Assembly (NCBI GenBank): GCA_026770705.1
Contig: JANJGN010000016.1
Span: forward strand, 88,412,001 to 88,476,000
From: Isurus oxyrinchus
Lineage: Eukaryota
DNA length: 64,000 nt
Reading direction: 5' to 3'
A program made the position numbers and the translations under genes. Below, in pieces: positions 1 through 15,700 of this stretch. Below the pieces are notes generated by a model. The model ran no database searches. It worked only from the letters and a program-made list of their open reading frames with translations, and had not been told where the DNA came from. Within the stretch, counting starts at the first letter, position 1. Every line of letters starts with the position of its first letter.

Positions 1-3000
1 TGTGCCAGTCACTACACACATGTTGTGTTACCAGGATAGTGATCACCCCCATGGTGCAGGGTGCCAGTGACTGCAAAAACACGTGGCATTACCAGGATAG
101 TGATCACCCCTATGGTGCAGGGTGCCAGTGATTACATACACGAGGTGTTACCAGGAGACTGATCATCCCCATGGTGCAGGGTGCCAGTGACTACAAACAC
201 CCATTGGGTGAAGGGTGTCATTGAGTAAATACACACATGGTGTTACATGTGTAGTGGGTATCACCATGGTGCAGGTTACCAGTGACGACATACATACATG
301 GTATAACCAGGATAGTGGCACCCTCATTGTGCAGTGTTCCAGTCACTACAAACATACGTGGCGTTACAAGGATAGTGATCACCCCCATGGTGCCGGATTC
401 CAGTCACTATACACACACGTGGCATTACCAGGATAGTGAACAGCCCCCTGGTGCAGGGTGCCTGTGACTACACACAAGTGGTGATACCAGGATAGTGGGT
501 ATCCAAATGGTGCAGTGTGCCAGTGACTATACACATGTGGTGTTACCAGGATAGTTATCACGGTGTAGCAGGGTTCCAGTGGCTTCTCACACGTGGCATT
601 ACCAGGATAGTGATCACCCCCATGGTGCAGCGTGCCAGTGACTACACACACATGTGGCATTACTAGGATTGTGATCAACCCCCTGGTGCAGGGTGCCAGT
701 GACTACACACGCGTGTTACAAGGATAGCGATCACCCGCATGGTGCAGGGTGCCAGTGACTACACACAAACGTGGCGATACCGGGATAGTGATCTCCCCCA
801 TGGTGCAGGGTGCCAGAGACTACACACATATGTTGTGTTACCAGGAGAGTGTGTAGCCCCATGGTGAAGGGTGCTGTGGACTAAACAAACAGGTGGTATT
901 ACAAGTGTAGTGGGTATAACCATGATGCAGGGTACCAGTGATGCCACACATACGTGGTGTAACCAGGATAGTGTATATCCCCATGGTGCAGGGTACTAGT
1001 GACCACACACACATGTGGCTTAACCAGGATAGTGGCACCCCCATGGTGCAGGGTGCCAGCGTCAACACACACATGACGTTACCAGGATATTGATCTCACC
1101 TCTGGTGCAGGGTGCCAGTCACTACACACACACACATGGTGTTACCAGGATAGTGATCACCCTCATGGTGCAGGGTGCCAGTCACTACACACAAACGCGG
1201 CAATAATAGGTTTGTTATCACACTCATGGTGCAGGGATCCTGTGACTAAGCAGCTGTGATATTACAAGGATGGTGGGTATCCCCATGGTGCAGGGTGCCA
1301 GAGACTAGACACACACACGTTGTGTTACCAGGAGAGTGGGCAGTCCCATGGTGAAGGGTGCCATTGATTAAACACACAGGTGGTGTTACAAGGGTAGTCA
1401 GTATTACCATGGTAATACTGGTACCAGGGTACCAGTGACGACATACATACGGGGTGTAACCAGGATGGTGGCTCCCCCATTGTGCATTGTTCCAGTCACT
1501 ACAAACATACGTGGCATTACAAGGATAGTGATCACCCCCATGGTGCCGGATTCCAGTCACTACACACACACGTGGCATTACCAGGATAGTGAACAGCCCC
1601 CTGGTCCTGGGAGCCAGTGACTACACACATGTGGAGATACCAGGATAGTGGGTATCCACATGGTGCAGGGTGCCAGTGAAAACACACAGAAGTGATGTTA
1701 CCAGGATAGTGATCACCCTCATGTGCAGGGTTCCAGTGACTACACACACGTGGCATTAACAGGATAGTGAATATCCCCATGGTGCAGGATGCAAGTGACT
1801 ACACACACACGTGGTGTTACGAGGATAGTGGGTATCTCCATTATGCAAGGTGCCAGTGACCACACGCACACACGTGGTTTTACCAGGATAGTGATCACAC
1901 CCTTGGTGCAGCGTGTCAGTGATATCACACAGAAGTGGTGTTACCAGGATAGTGGCACCCCCATGGTGATGGGTTCCAGTAACTACACACGTGTGGCGTT
2001 ACCAGGAGAGTGATCACCCCCATGGTGGAGGGTGACAATGAACACTCACGCTACCAAGATATTTTTATCGCCATGGTGCCAGTGACTACACACATGTGGC
2101 ATTAGCAGGATAGTGATAACCCCCATGGTGCAGGGTCATAGTGGCAACTCACATATGTGGCACAGACAAGATAGTGGGTATCGCCATGGTGCAGGTGCCA
2201 GTGACCACACACACATGGTGTTACCAGTATAGTTATCACACCCATGGTGCAGGGTGCCTGTGACTACACACACACATGGCATTACCAGAGCAGTGAACAC
2301 CCTCATAGAACACTGTTCCAGTGACTGCACACACACGTGGTGCTACCAGGATATTGATCACCTCCATGGTGCAGGATTGGCACCCTGCACCATGCCGATA
2401 ACAATATCTTGGTAGTGCCACATGTGTGAGTGGTTACTAGCAACTTGCACCATGGGGGTGATCAGTATCCTTGTAATGCCGTGTGTTTGTGTAGTCACCG
2501 GCACCCTGCACCATGGGGATATTCACTATCCTGTTAATGCCACGTGTGCGTAGTCACTGGAACCCTGCACCATGGGGGCGAACACTATCCTGGTAACACC
2601 ACTTCTGTGTGTTTTCACTGGCACCCTGCACCATGGGGGTGAACACTATCCTGGTAACACCACGTGTGCATTGTCATTGGCACCCTGCACCATGGGGGTG
2701 ATCAGTATCCTGGTAATGCCACGTTTGCGGGTAGTCACTGTCAGCCTGCACCATGCGGATACCCACTATCCTGGTAACACCACGTGTGTGTGGTCACTAG
2801 CACCCCGCACCATCGGGATACCCACCATCCTGGTAACATCACGTGCGTGTGTGTGGACACTGGCTCCCTGCACCATGGGGGATACCCACTAATCTCGTAA
2901 TGTCACACTTGCATAGTCACTGGACCCCTGCACCATAGGTGTGATAACTAACCTGTTATTGCCTCGTTTGTGTGTAGTCACTGACACCCTACACCATGAG

Positions 3001-3640
3001 GGTGAGCACTATCCTCGTAACGCCACGTGTGCGTGTAGTGACTGGAACCCTGCACGATGGGGGTGATCACTATCCTGGTAATGCCACATGTGTGTGTAGT
3101 CACTAGCACCCTGCACCATGGGGGTGGTCACTATCCTGGTAACAGCACGTGTGTGTGTTGTCACTGGCAACCTGCACCATGGGGATGATCATTCTCATGG
3201 TAACGCCAAGTGTGTGTGCAGTCACTACCACCCTGCATAATGTGGACACCCACTATCCTGGTAATGCCACGTGTTTGTGTAGTCACTAACACCCTGCACC
3301 ATGGGGTTATCACTATCCTGGTAATGCCACGTGTTTGTGTAGTTACTGGCACCCAGCACCATGGGCGTGATCAGTATCCTGGTAATGCCACCTGGGCGTT
3401 GTCATTAGAACCCTGCACCATGGGTAATCACTATCCTGGTAACACCAATTCTGTGTGATATCACTGACACCCTGCACCATGGGGGAGACACTATCCTGGT
3501 TGCCAGTGACCACACACACAAACGTGGTGTTACCAGGATAGTGGGCATCCCTATGGTGAAGGGTACCAGTGACGACACACACATGGTTTTATCAAGTTAG
3601 TGATCACCCCCATGGTGCAGGTTGCCAGTGACTGAACACA
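1..3640. repeat. Diverged ~60-bp tandem repeat (about 60 copies) with an inverted internal block at ~2376-3500
   Basis: Recurring unit ~GGTGTTACCAGGATAGTGATCACCCCCATGGTGCAGGGTGCCAGTGACTACACACACACGT; GTGCCAGT recurs at 3, 61, 122, 181; the reverse-complement unit (CACTGGCACCCTGCACCATGGGG...CTATCCTGGTAA) occupies 2376-3500. Runs off the left edge of the window. Confidence 0.95.
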
Positions 3641-3798
3641 CAGTGTTAAGTGCATTTTGCTGTCTCCATCTGGTGATACTGATGTTGCTTTCATGTATCT
3701 TTAACATAGAATTATTTAGCGATGATGCTTATGGAATGTAAAGACACAGCTTAATGTTTTATAAGTGTAAGACATTTGTGTGATCAACAGGAAAAACT

Positions 3799-6700
3799 GC
3801 ACAGACTTGATTGTGAAGTGTGATGTACCTGAATACACAGACTGGATTGTTTAGTGTGATGTACCTGAGTACACAGACTGGATTGTGAAGTGTGATGTAA
3901 CTGAGACACAGACTGGATTGTGAAGTGTGATGTACCTGAGTACACAGACTGGATTGTGAAGTGTGATGTACCTGAGTACACAGACTGTATTGTGAAATGT
4001 GATGTACCTGAGTACACAGACTGGATTGTGAAGTGTGATGTACCTGAGTATATAGACTGGATTGTGAAGTGAGTTGCACCTGAGTACACGGACTGGATTG
4101 TGAAGTGTGATGTACCTGAGTACACAGACTGGATTGTGAAGTGTGATGTACTGGGTACACAGACTAGATTGTGAAGTGAGTTGCACCTGAGTACACAGAA
4201 TAGATTGTGAAGTGTGATGTTCCTGAGTACACAGACTAGATTGTGAAGTGAGTTGCACCTGAGTACACAGACTGGATTGTGAAGTGTGATGTACCTGAGT
4301 ACACAGACAAGATTGTGAAGTGAGTTGCACCTGAGCACAGAGACTGGATTGTGAAGTGTGATGTACCTGAGTACACAGACTGGATTGTGAAGTGTGATGT
4401 ACCTGAGTACACAGACTGGATTGTGAAATGTGTTGTACCTGAAGAGAGAATAGATTGTGAAGTGTGTTGTACCTGAGTACACAGACTGGATTGTGCAGTG
4501 TGATGTACCTGAGTACACAGACTGGGTTGTGAAGTGTGATGTACCTGAGTACACAGACAGGATTGTGAAGTGTGATGTACCTGAGATCACAGACTTGATT
4601 GTGAAGTGTGATGTACCTGAGTACAACGACTGGATTGTGAAGTGTGATGTACCTGAGTACACAGACTGGATTGTGAAGTGTGTTGTACGTGAGTACAGAG
4701 ACTGGATTGTGAATTGTGATGTACCTGAGTACACGGAATGGATTTTGAATTGTGATGTACCTGAGTACAGAAAATGGATTGTGAGGTGTGATGAACCTGA
4801 ATACACAGACTGGATTGTGAAGTGTTATGTACCAGAGTATACAGACTAGATTGTGAAGTGAGTTGCAGCTAAGTACACGGACTGGATTGTGAAGTGTGAT
4901 GTGACTGAGTACACTGACTGGATTGTGAAGTGTGTTGTGCCTGAGTACACAGACTGGATTGTGATGTGTGATGTGACTGAGTACACAGACTGGATTGTGA
5001 AGTGTGATGTACCTGAGTACAACGACTGGATTGTGAAGTGTGATGTACCTGAGTACACAGACTGGATTGTGAAGTGTGTTGTACGTGAGTACAGAGACTG
5101 GATTGTGAATTGTGATGTACCTGAGTACACGGAATGGATTTTGAATTGTGATGTACCTGAGTACAGAAACTGGATTGTGAAGTGTGATGAACCTGAGTAC
5201 ACAGACTGGATTGTGAAGTGTTATGTACCAGAGTATACAGACTAGATTGTGAAGTGAGTTGCAGCTGAGTACACGGACTGGATTGTGAAGTGTGATGTGA
5301 CTGAGTACACTGACAGGATTGTGAAGTGTGTTGTGCCTGAGTACACAGACTGGATTGTGATGTGTGATGTGACTGAGTACACAGACTGGATTGTGAAGTG
5401 TGTTGTACCTGAGTACACAGACTGGATTGTGAAGTGTGATGTACCTGAGTACACAGACTGGATTGTGAAGTGTGATGTACCTGAGTACACAGACTGTATT
5501 GTGAAATGTGATGTACCTGAGTACACAGACTGGATTGTGAAGTGTGATGTGACTGAGTACACAGAATGTATTGTGAAGTGTGTTGTACTTGAGTAGACAT
5601 AATGGATTGTGAAGTGTAATGTACCTGAGTACACATGCTGGGTGCGAAGTGTGATGTACCTGAATACACAGACTGGATTGTGAAATGTGTTGTACCTGAG
5701 TACACAGAGTGGAATGTGAAGTGTGATGTACCTGAGTACAAAGACTGGATTGTGAAGTATGATGTAACTAAGTACGCAGACTGGATTGTCAAGGGTGTTG
5801 TACCTGAGTAGAGGGAATGGATTGTGCAGTAAGATGCACCTGAGTACACACACTGGATTGTAATGTCTTGTGTACCTGAGTACACAGACTGGATTGTGAA
5901 GTGTGATGTACCTGAGTACACAGACTGGATTGTGAAGTGTGATGTACCTGAGTACACGGACTGGATTGTGAAGTGTGATGTACCTGAGTACACAGATTGG
6001 ATCGGGAAGTGGGATGTACGTGAGTACAGAGACTGGATTGTGAAGTGTGATGTACCTGAGTACACAGATTGGATTGGGAAGTGGGATGTACGTGAGTACA
6101 GATACTGGATTGTGAACTGTGCTGTACCTGAGTACACACACTGGATTGTGAAGTGTGATGTACCTGAGTACAACCGACTGGATTGTTAACTGTGTTGTAC
6201 CTGAGTAAACAGACTGGATTGTGAAGTGTGATGTACCTGAGTACACAGACTGGATTGTGAAGTGTGTTGTACGTGAGTACACAGACTGGAATGTGAATTA
6301 TGATGTTCCTGAATACACGGAATGGATTTTGAAGTGTGATGTACCTGAGTACACAGACTGGATTGTGAAGTGTGATGTACCTGAGTACACAGACTGGATT
6401 GTGAACAGTGATGTACCTGAGGGCACAGACTGGATTGTGAATTGTGATGAACCTGAGTACACAGACTGGATTGTGAAGTGTGTTGCATCAGAGTACACAG
6501 AATTGATTGTGAAGTGAGATGTACGTGAGTACAGGGCTTGGATTGTGAAGTGTGTTGGACCAGAGTACACAGACAAGATTGTGAAATGTGATGTACCTGA
6601 CTGCACAGACTGGATTGTGAAGTGTGATGTAACTGAGACACAGACGGGATTGTGAAGTGTGATGTACCTGAGTACACAGACTGGATTGTGAAGTGTGATG

Positions 6701-9700
6701 TACCTGAGTACACAGACTGGATTGTGAAGTGTGATGTACCTGAGTACACAGACTGGATTGTGAAGTGTGATGTACCTGAGTATATAGACTGGATTGTGAA
6801 GTGAGTTGCACCTGAGTACACGGACTGGATTGTGAAGTGTGATGTACCTGAGTACACAGACTGGATTGTGAAGTGTGATGTACTGGGTACACAGACTAGA
6901 TTGTGAAGTGAGTTGCACCTGAGTACACAGAATAGATTGTGAAGTGTGATGTACCTGAGTACACAGACTAGATTGTGAAGTGAGTTGCACCTGAGTACAC
7001 AGACTGGATTGTGAAGTGTGATGTACCTGAGTACACAGACAAGATTGTGAAGTGAGTTGCACCTGAGCACAGAGACTGGATTGTGAAGTGTGATGTACCT
7101 GAGTACACAGACTGGATTGTGAAATGTGTTGTACCTGAAGAGAGAATGGATTGTGAAGTGTGTTGTACCTGAGTACACAGACAGGATTGTGAAGTGTGAT
7201 GTACCTGAGTACACAGATTGGATTGTGAAGTGTGTTATACGTGAGTACAAAGACAGGATTGTGAAGAGTGATGCAGTTGAGTCCACAAAATGGATTGTGA
7301 AGTGTGTTGTACCTGAGATCACAGACTTGATTGTGAAGTGAGTTGCACCTGAGTACACAGACTAGATTGTGAAGTGTGATGTACCTGAGTACACAGATTG
7401 GATTGTGAAGTGTGTTATACGTGAGTACAAAGACTGGATAGTGAAGCGTGATGTACCTGAGTACACAGACTGGATTGTGAAATGTGTTGTACCTGAAGAG
7501 AGAATGGATTGTGAAGTGTGTTGTACCTGAGTACACAGACAGGATTGTGAAGTGTGATGTACCTGAGTACACAGATTGGATTGTGAAGTGTGTTATACGT
7601 GAGTACAAAGACAGGATTGTGAAGAGTGATGCAGTTGAGTCCACAAAATGGATTGTGAAGTGTGTTGTACCTGAGATCACAGACTTGATTGTGAAGTGAG
7701 TTGCACCTGAGTACACAGACTAGATTGTGAAGTGTGATGTACCTGAGTACACAGATGGGATTGTGAAGTGTGTTATACGTGAGTACAAAGACTGGATAGT
7801 GAAGCGTGATGTACCTGAGTACAACGACTGGATTGTGAAGTGTGATGTACGTGAGTACAGAGACTGGATTGTGAATTGTGTTGTACGTGAGTACAGAGAC
7901 TGGATTGTGAATTGTGATGTACCTGAGTACACGGAATGGATTTTGAATTGTGATGTACCTGAGTACAGAAACTGGATTGTGAAGTGTGATGAACCTGAGT
8001 ACACAGACTGGATTGTGAAGTGTTATGTACCAGAGTATACAGACTAGATTGTGAAGTGAGTTGCAGCTGAGTACAGAGACTGGATTGTGAAGTGTGATGT
8101 GACTGAGTACACTGACTGGATTGTGAAGTGTGTTGTGCCTGAGTACACAGACTGGATTGTGATGTGTGATGTGACTGAGTACACAGACTGGATTGTGAAG
8201 TGTGTTGTACCTGAGTACACAGACTGGATTGTGAAGTGTGATGTGACTGAGTACACAGAATGGATTGTGAAGTGTGTTGTACTTGAGTAGACATAATGGA
8301 TTGTGAAGTGTAAAGTACCTGAGTACACATGCTGGGTGCGAAGTGTGATGTACCTGAATACACAGAGTGGATTGTGAAGTGTGATGTACCTGAGTACAAA
8401 GACTGGATTGTGAAGTATGATGTAACTAAGTACGCAGACTGGATTGTCAAGGGTGTTGTACCTGAGTAGAGAGAATGGATTGTGCAGTAAGATGCACCTG
8501 AGTACACAGACTGGATTGTGAAGTGTGATGTACCTGAGTACACAGACTGGATTGTGAAGTGTGATGTACCTGAGTACACAGACTGGATTGTGAAGTGTGA
8601 TGTACCTGAGTACACGGACTGGATTGTGAAGTGTGATGTACCTGAGTACACAGATTGGATCGGGAAGTGGGATGTACGTGAGTACAGAGACTGGATTGTG
8701 AAGTGTGATGTACCTGAGTACACAGATTGGATTGGGAAGTGGGATGTACGTGAGTACAGATACTGGATTGTGAACTGTGCTGTACCTGAGTACACAGACT
8801 AGATTGTGAAGTGTGATGTTCCTGAGTACAACCGACTGGATTGTGAACTGTGTTGTACCTGAGTAAACAGACTGGATTGTGAAGTGTGATGTACCTGAGT
8901 ACACAGACTGGATTGTGAAGTGTGTTGTACGTGAGTACACAGACTGGATTGTGAATTATGATGTTCCTGAATACACGGAATGGATTTTGAAGTGTGATGT
9001 ACCTGAGGGCACAGACTGGATTGTGAATTGTGATGTACCTGAGGGCACAGACTGGATTGTGAATTGTGATGAACCTGAGTACACAGACTGGATTGTGAAG
9101 TGTGTTGCATCAGAGTACACAGAATTGATTGTGAAGTGTGATGTACGTGAGTACAGGGCTTGGATTGTGAAGTGTGTTGGACCAGAGTACACAGACAAGA
9201 TTGTGAAATGTGATGTACCTGACTGCACAGACTGGATTGTGAAGTGTGATGTACGTGAGTACACAGACTGGATTGTGAAGTTTGATGTACGTGAGTAAAC
9301 AGACAGGATGGAGAAGTGTGATGTTCCTGAGTACACAGACTGAATTGTGATATGTGATGTACCTGAGTACGCAGACTAGATTGTGAAGTGTGTTATACGT
9401 GAGTACACAGACTGGATAGTGAAGTGTGATGTACCTGAGTACACGGACTGGATTGTGAAGTGTGACGTACCTGAGTACACAGACTAGATTGTGAAGTGAT
9501 TTGCATCTGAGTACACAGTCTGGATTGTGAAGTGTGATGTACCTGAATACACAGACTGGATTGTGAAGTGTGTTTTACGTGAGTACACGGACTGGATTGT
9601 GAAATGTGTTATACATGAGTACACAGACTGGATTTTGAAGTGTGATATACCAGATTAAACAGACTGGATTCTGAAGTATGTTTTATGTGAGTACAGAGAC

Positions 9701-12700
9701 TGGATTGTGAAGTGTGATGTACCTGAGTACACAGACTGGATTGTGAACTGTGATGTACCTGATTACAAGGACTGGATTGTGAAGTGTGACGTACCTGAGA
9801 GCACAGACTGGATTATGAAGTGTGATGTACCTGAGTACACAGACTGGATTGTGAAGTGTGATGTGACTGAGTACACAGAATGGATTGTGAAGTGTGTTGT
9901 ACTTGAGTAGACATAATGGATTGTGAAGTGTAATGTACCTGAGTACACATGCTGGGTGCGAAGTGTGATGTACCTGAATACACAGACTGGATTGTGAAAT
10001 GTGTTGTACCTGAGTACACAGAGTGGATTGTGAAGTGTGATGTACCTGAGTACAAAGACTGGATTGTGAAGTATGATGTAACTAAGTACGCAGACTGGAT
10101 TGTCAAGGGTGTTGTACCTGAGTAGAGAGAATGGATTCTGCAGTAAGATGCACCTGAGTACACAGACTGGATTGTGAAGTGTGATGTACCTGAGTACACA
10201 GACTGGATTGTGAAGTGTGATGTACCTGAGTACACAGACTGGATTGTGAAGTGTGATGTACCTGAGTACACGGACTGGATTGTGAAGTGTGATGTACCTG
10301 AGTACACAGATTGGATCGGGAAGTGGGATGTACGTGAGTACAGAGACTGGATTGTGAAGTGTGATGTACCTGAGTACACAGATTGGATTGGGAAGTGGGA
10401 TGTACGTGAGTACAGATACTGGATTGTGAACTGTGCTGTACCTGAGTACACAGACTGGATTGTGAAGTGTGATGTTCCTGAGTACAACCGACTGGATTGT
10501 GAACTGTGTTGTACCTGAGTAAACAGACTGGATTGTGAAGTGTGATGTACCTGAGTACACAGACTGGATTGTGAAGTGTGTTGTCCGTGAGTACACAGAC
10601 TGGATTGTGAATTATGATGTTCCTGAATACACGGAATGGATTTTGAAGTGTGATGTACCTGAGTACACAGACTGGATTGTGAAGTGTGATGTACCTGAGG
10701 GCACAGACTGGATTGTGAATTGTGATGAACCTGAGTACACAGACTGGATTGTGAAGTGTGTTGCATCAGAGTACACAGAATTGATTGTGAAGTGTGATGT
10801 ACGTGAGTACAGGGCTTGGATTGTGAAGTGTGTTGGACAAGAGTACACAGACAAGATTGTGAAATGTGATGTACCTGACTGCACAGACTGGATTGTGAAG
10901 TGTGATGTACGTGAGTACACAGACTGGATTGTGAAGTTTGATGTACGTGAGTAAACAGACAGGATGGAGAAGTGTGATGTTCCTGAGTACACAGACTGAA
11001 TTGTGATATGTGATGTACCTGAGTACGCAGACTAGATTGTGAAGTGTGTTATACGTGAGTACACAGACTGGATAGTGAAGTGTGATGTACCTGAGTACAC
11101 GGACTGGATTGTGAAGTGTGACGTACCTGAGTACACAGACTAGATTGTGAAGTGATTTGCATCTGAGTACACAGTCTGGATTGTGAAGTGTGATGTACCT
11201 GAATACACAGACTGGATTGTGAAGTGTGTTTTACGTGAGTACACAGACTGGATTGTGAAATGTGTTATACATGAGTACACAGACTGGATTTTGAAGTGTG
11301 ATATACCTGATTACACAGACTGGATTCTGAAGTATGTTTTATGTGAGTACAGAGACTGGATTGTGAAGTGTTATGTACCTGAGTACACAGACTGGATTGT
11401 GAACTGTGATGTACCTGATTACAAGGACTGGATTGTGAAGTGTGACGTACCTGAGTACACAGACTGGATTATTGAAGTGTGATGTACCTGAGTACACAGA
11501 CTTGATTGTGAAGTGTGTTGTACCTGAGTACACAGACTAGATTATGAGGTGAGTTGCACCTGAGTACAGAGACTGGATTGTGAAGTGTGATGTACCTGAG
11601 TACACGGACTGGATTGTGAAATGTGATGTACCTGAGTACACAGACTTGATTGTGAAGTGTGATGTACCTGAGTACACAGACTGGATTGTGAAATGTTATG
11701 TACCTGACTAGAGATAATGGATTGTGAAGTGTGATGTACCTGAGTACACATACCTGGTGCGAAGTGTGATGTACCTGAATACACAGACTGAATTATGAAG
11801 TTTGTTGTACCTGATTACACAGAGTGGATTGTGAAGTATGATGTACCTGAGTACACAGACTGGATTGTGAAGTGTGATGTACCTGAATACACAGATTGGA
11901 TTGGGATAGGGGATGTACGTGAGTGCAGAGACTGGATTATGAAGTGTGATGTACCTGAATACACAGACTGGATTGTGACAACTATTATACATGAGAACAC
12001 AGACTGGATTGTGAACTGTGGTATAACTGAGTGCACAGACTGGATTGTGAAGTGTGATGTACCTGAGTAAACAGACTGGATTGTGAATTGTGATGTACCT
12101 GAGTACGCAGACGGGATTGTGAAGTGTGGTGTTCCTGAGTACACAGACTGGATTGTTCAGTGTTGAGTAACTGAGTACGCAGTCTGGATTGTGAAATGTG
12201 GCATACCTGAGTTCAAAGTCTGGATTCTGAAGTGTGACGTACCTGAATACACAGACTGGATTGTGAACTGTGTTGTACCTGAGTACACAGACTGGATTGT
12301 GAAGTGTGATGAACTGAGTATACAGACTGGATTGTGAAGTGTTTTCTACCGGAGTAGAGAGAATGGATTGTGAAGTGAGATGTACCTGAGTACATAGACT
12401 GGATTGCGAAGTGTGATGTACCTGAGTACACAGACTGGATTGTGAAGTGTGTTGTACCTGAATACACAGAGTTGATTGTGAAGGGTGACGTACCTGAGTA
12501 CACAGACAGGATTGTGAAGTGTGTATACATGAGTACAGAGACTGGATTTTGAAGTGTGATATATCTGAGTACACAGACTGGATTGTGAAATGTGTTATAA
12601 GTGAGTACACAGACTGGATTGGGAGGTGTGTTGTATCTGAGTACACAGAGTGGATTGTGAAGTGTGATGTACCTGAGTACACAGACTGGATTGTGAACTG

Positions 12701-15700
12701 TGATGTACCTGAGTACACAGACTGGATTGGGAGGTGTGTTGTATCTGAGTTCACAGAGTGGATTGTGAAGTGTGATGTACCTGAGTACACAGACTGGATT
12801 GTGAAGTGTGATGTACCTGAGTACACAGAAAGGATAGTGAAGTGTGATGTACCTGTGTGCACAGACTGGATTGTGAAGTGTGATGTACCTGAGTACACAG
12901 ACTGGAATGTGAAGCGTGATGTCCCTGTGTTCACAAAATGGATTGTGAAGTGTGATGCACCTGAGTACACAAAACGGATTGTGAAATGTGAGGTACCTGA
13001 GTACACAGACTGGATTGAGAAGTGTGATGTACCAGAGTACACACACTGGATTGTGAAGTGTGTTGTACGTGAGTACACAGACTGGATAGTGAAGTGTGAT
13101 GTACCTGAGTACACAGACTGGATTGTGAAGTGTGATGTACCAGATTACACAGACAGGATTGTGAAGTGTGATGTACCTGAGTGCACAGACTGTATTCTAA
13201 TGTGTGGTGAACCTGAGTACACAGACTTGATGATGAAGTGTAATGTACCTGAGCACAGAGACTGGATTATGAAGTGTGATGTACCTGAGTACACAGACTG
13301 CATTGCGAAGTGTGTTTTACGTCAGTACACAGACTGGATTTTGAAGTGTGATATACCTGAGTACACAGACTGGATTGTGAAGTGTGATGTGCCTGAATAT
13401 ACAGATTGGATTGCGAACTGTGTTATAAGTGAGTACACAGACTGGATTGGGAAGTGTGTTGTATCTGAGTACACAGAGTGAATTGTGAAGTGTGATGTAC
13501 CTGAGTGCTCAGAATGGATTGTCAAGTTTGATGTAAATGACTACACAGACTGGATTGTGAAGTGTGTTGTACGTGAGTACACAGACAGGATAGTGAAGTG
13601 AGATGTACCTGACTAAACAGACTGGACTGTGAAGCGTGATATATCTGTGTACACAAAATGGATTGTGAAGTGAGATGCACCTGAGTACACAAAACGGATT
13701 GTGAACTGTGAGGTACCTGAGTACACAGACTGGATTGTGAAGTGTGTTATACGTGAGGACACGGACTGGATTGTGAAGTGTGATGTACCTGAGTACACAG
13801 ACTTGATTGTGAAGTGTGATGTACCTGAGTACACAGACTAGATTGTGAAGTGAGTTGCACCTAAGTACACAGACTGGATTGTGAAGTTTGATGTACCTGA
13901 GAACAGGGACGGGATTGTGAAGTGTGATGTACCTGAGTACATGGACTGGATTGTGAAGTGTGATGTACCTGAGTACACCGACTTGATTGTGAAGTGTGAT
14001 CTACCTGAGTACACAGACTAGATATTGAAGTGAGTTGCAGCTGAGTACAGAGACTGCATTATAGGGTGTGATGTACCTGAGTACACGGACTGGATTGTGA
14101 AGTGTGATGTACCTGAGTACACAGACTGGACTGTGAAATGTGATGCACCTGAGTACACAGACTGGATTGTGAAGTGTGATGTACCTGAGTACACAGACTA
14201 GATTGTGAAGTGAGTTGCACCTGAGGGCATAGAATGGATTGTGATCTATGATGTACCTGAGAACAAAGACTGGATTGTGAAGTGTGTTGTAACTAAGTAT
14301 ACAGACTGGATTGTGAAGGGTTTTGTACCTGAGTAGAAAGAATAGATTGTGAAGTGTGATGTACCTGAGTACACAGACTGGATTGTGAAGTGTGATGTAC
14401 CTGAGTACACAGACTGGATTGTGAAGTGTGATGTACCTGAATACACAGACTGGATTGTGAAGTGTGATGTACCTGAGTACACAGACTGGATTGTGAAGTG
14501 TGATGTGTTTGAATACAGAGACTGGATTGTGAAGTGTGATGTACGTGAGTACAGAGTCTGGATTGTGAAGTGTGATGTGCCAGAGTACACAGACTGGATT
14601 GTGAAGTGTGATGTACCTGAGTACACAGACTGGATTGTGAAGTTTGATGTACATGAGTACACAGACTGGATTGTGAAGTGTGATGTTCCTGAGTACACAG
14701 ACTGGATTGTGATGTGTGTTATATGTGAGTACACAGACTGGATTGAGAAGTGTGATGTACCTGAGTACACGGAATGGATTTTGAAGGGTGATGTACCTGA
14801 GTACACAGACTGGATTGAGAAGTATGATGTACCTGAGTACACAGACTGGATTGTGAAGTGTATTGTACATGAGTACACAGACTGGATTGTCAAGTGTGAT
14901 GTACCAGAGTCCACAGACTGGATTGTGAAATATAATGTACCTGAGTGCACAGACTGGATTGTGAAGTGTGATGTACTGAGTACACAGAATGGAATGTGAA
15001 GTTTGATGTACCTGAGTACACGGACAGGATTGTGAAGAGTGATGTACATGAGTACAAAGACTTGATTGTGAAGTGTGATCTACCTGAGTACACAGACTGG
15101 ATTTTGAAGTTTGATGTACCTGAGTACACAGACTGGATTGTGAAGTGTGATGTTCCTGAATACACAGTCTGAATTGTGATATGTGATGTACCTGAGTACA
15201 CAGATGAGATTGTGAACAGTGTTAAACGTGAGTACGCAGCCTGGATTGTGAAGTGTGATGCACCTGACTACACAGAATGCATTGTGAAGTGTGATGACAC
15301 TGAGTATACAGACTGGATTGGGATGTGTGTTGTTTATTAGTACAAATACTGGATTGTGAAGTGTGATGTACCTGAGTAAACAGATTGGATTGTGAAGTGT
15401 GATGCACCTGAGTACACAGACTGGATGGTGAAGTTTGATGTCCTTGCGTACACAGTTTGGATTGTGAACTGTGATGTACCTGAGTACACAGACTGTATTG
15501 TGAAGTGTGATGTATTTGAATACAGTGACTGGATTGTGAAGTGTAACGTACAAGAGTACACAGACTGGATTGTGAAGTGTGATGTACCTGAATACATAGA
15601 CTGGATTGTGAAGTTTGATGTACGTGAATACAGAGACTGGATTGTGAAGTGTGATGTTCCTGAATACACAGACTGGATTGTGAAGTGTTTTATATGTGAG

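Noticed and set aside
3639-3645. Perfect heptamer CACAGTG
   Set aside because: No nonamer at 12 or 23 nt and no adjacent V-like frame.
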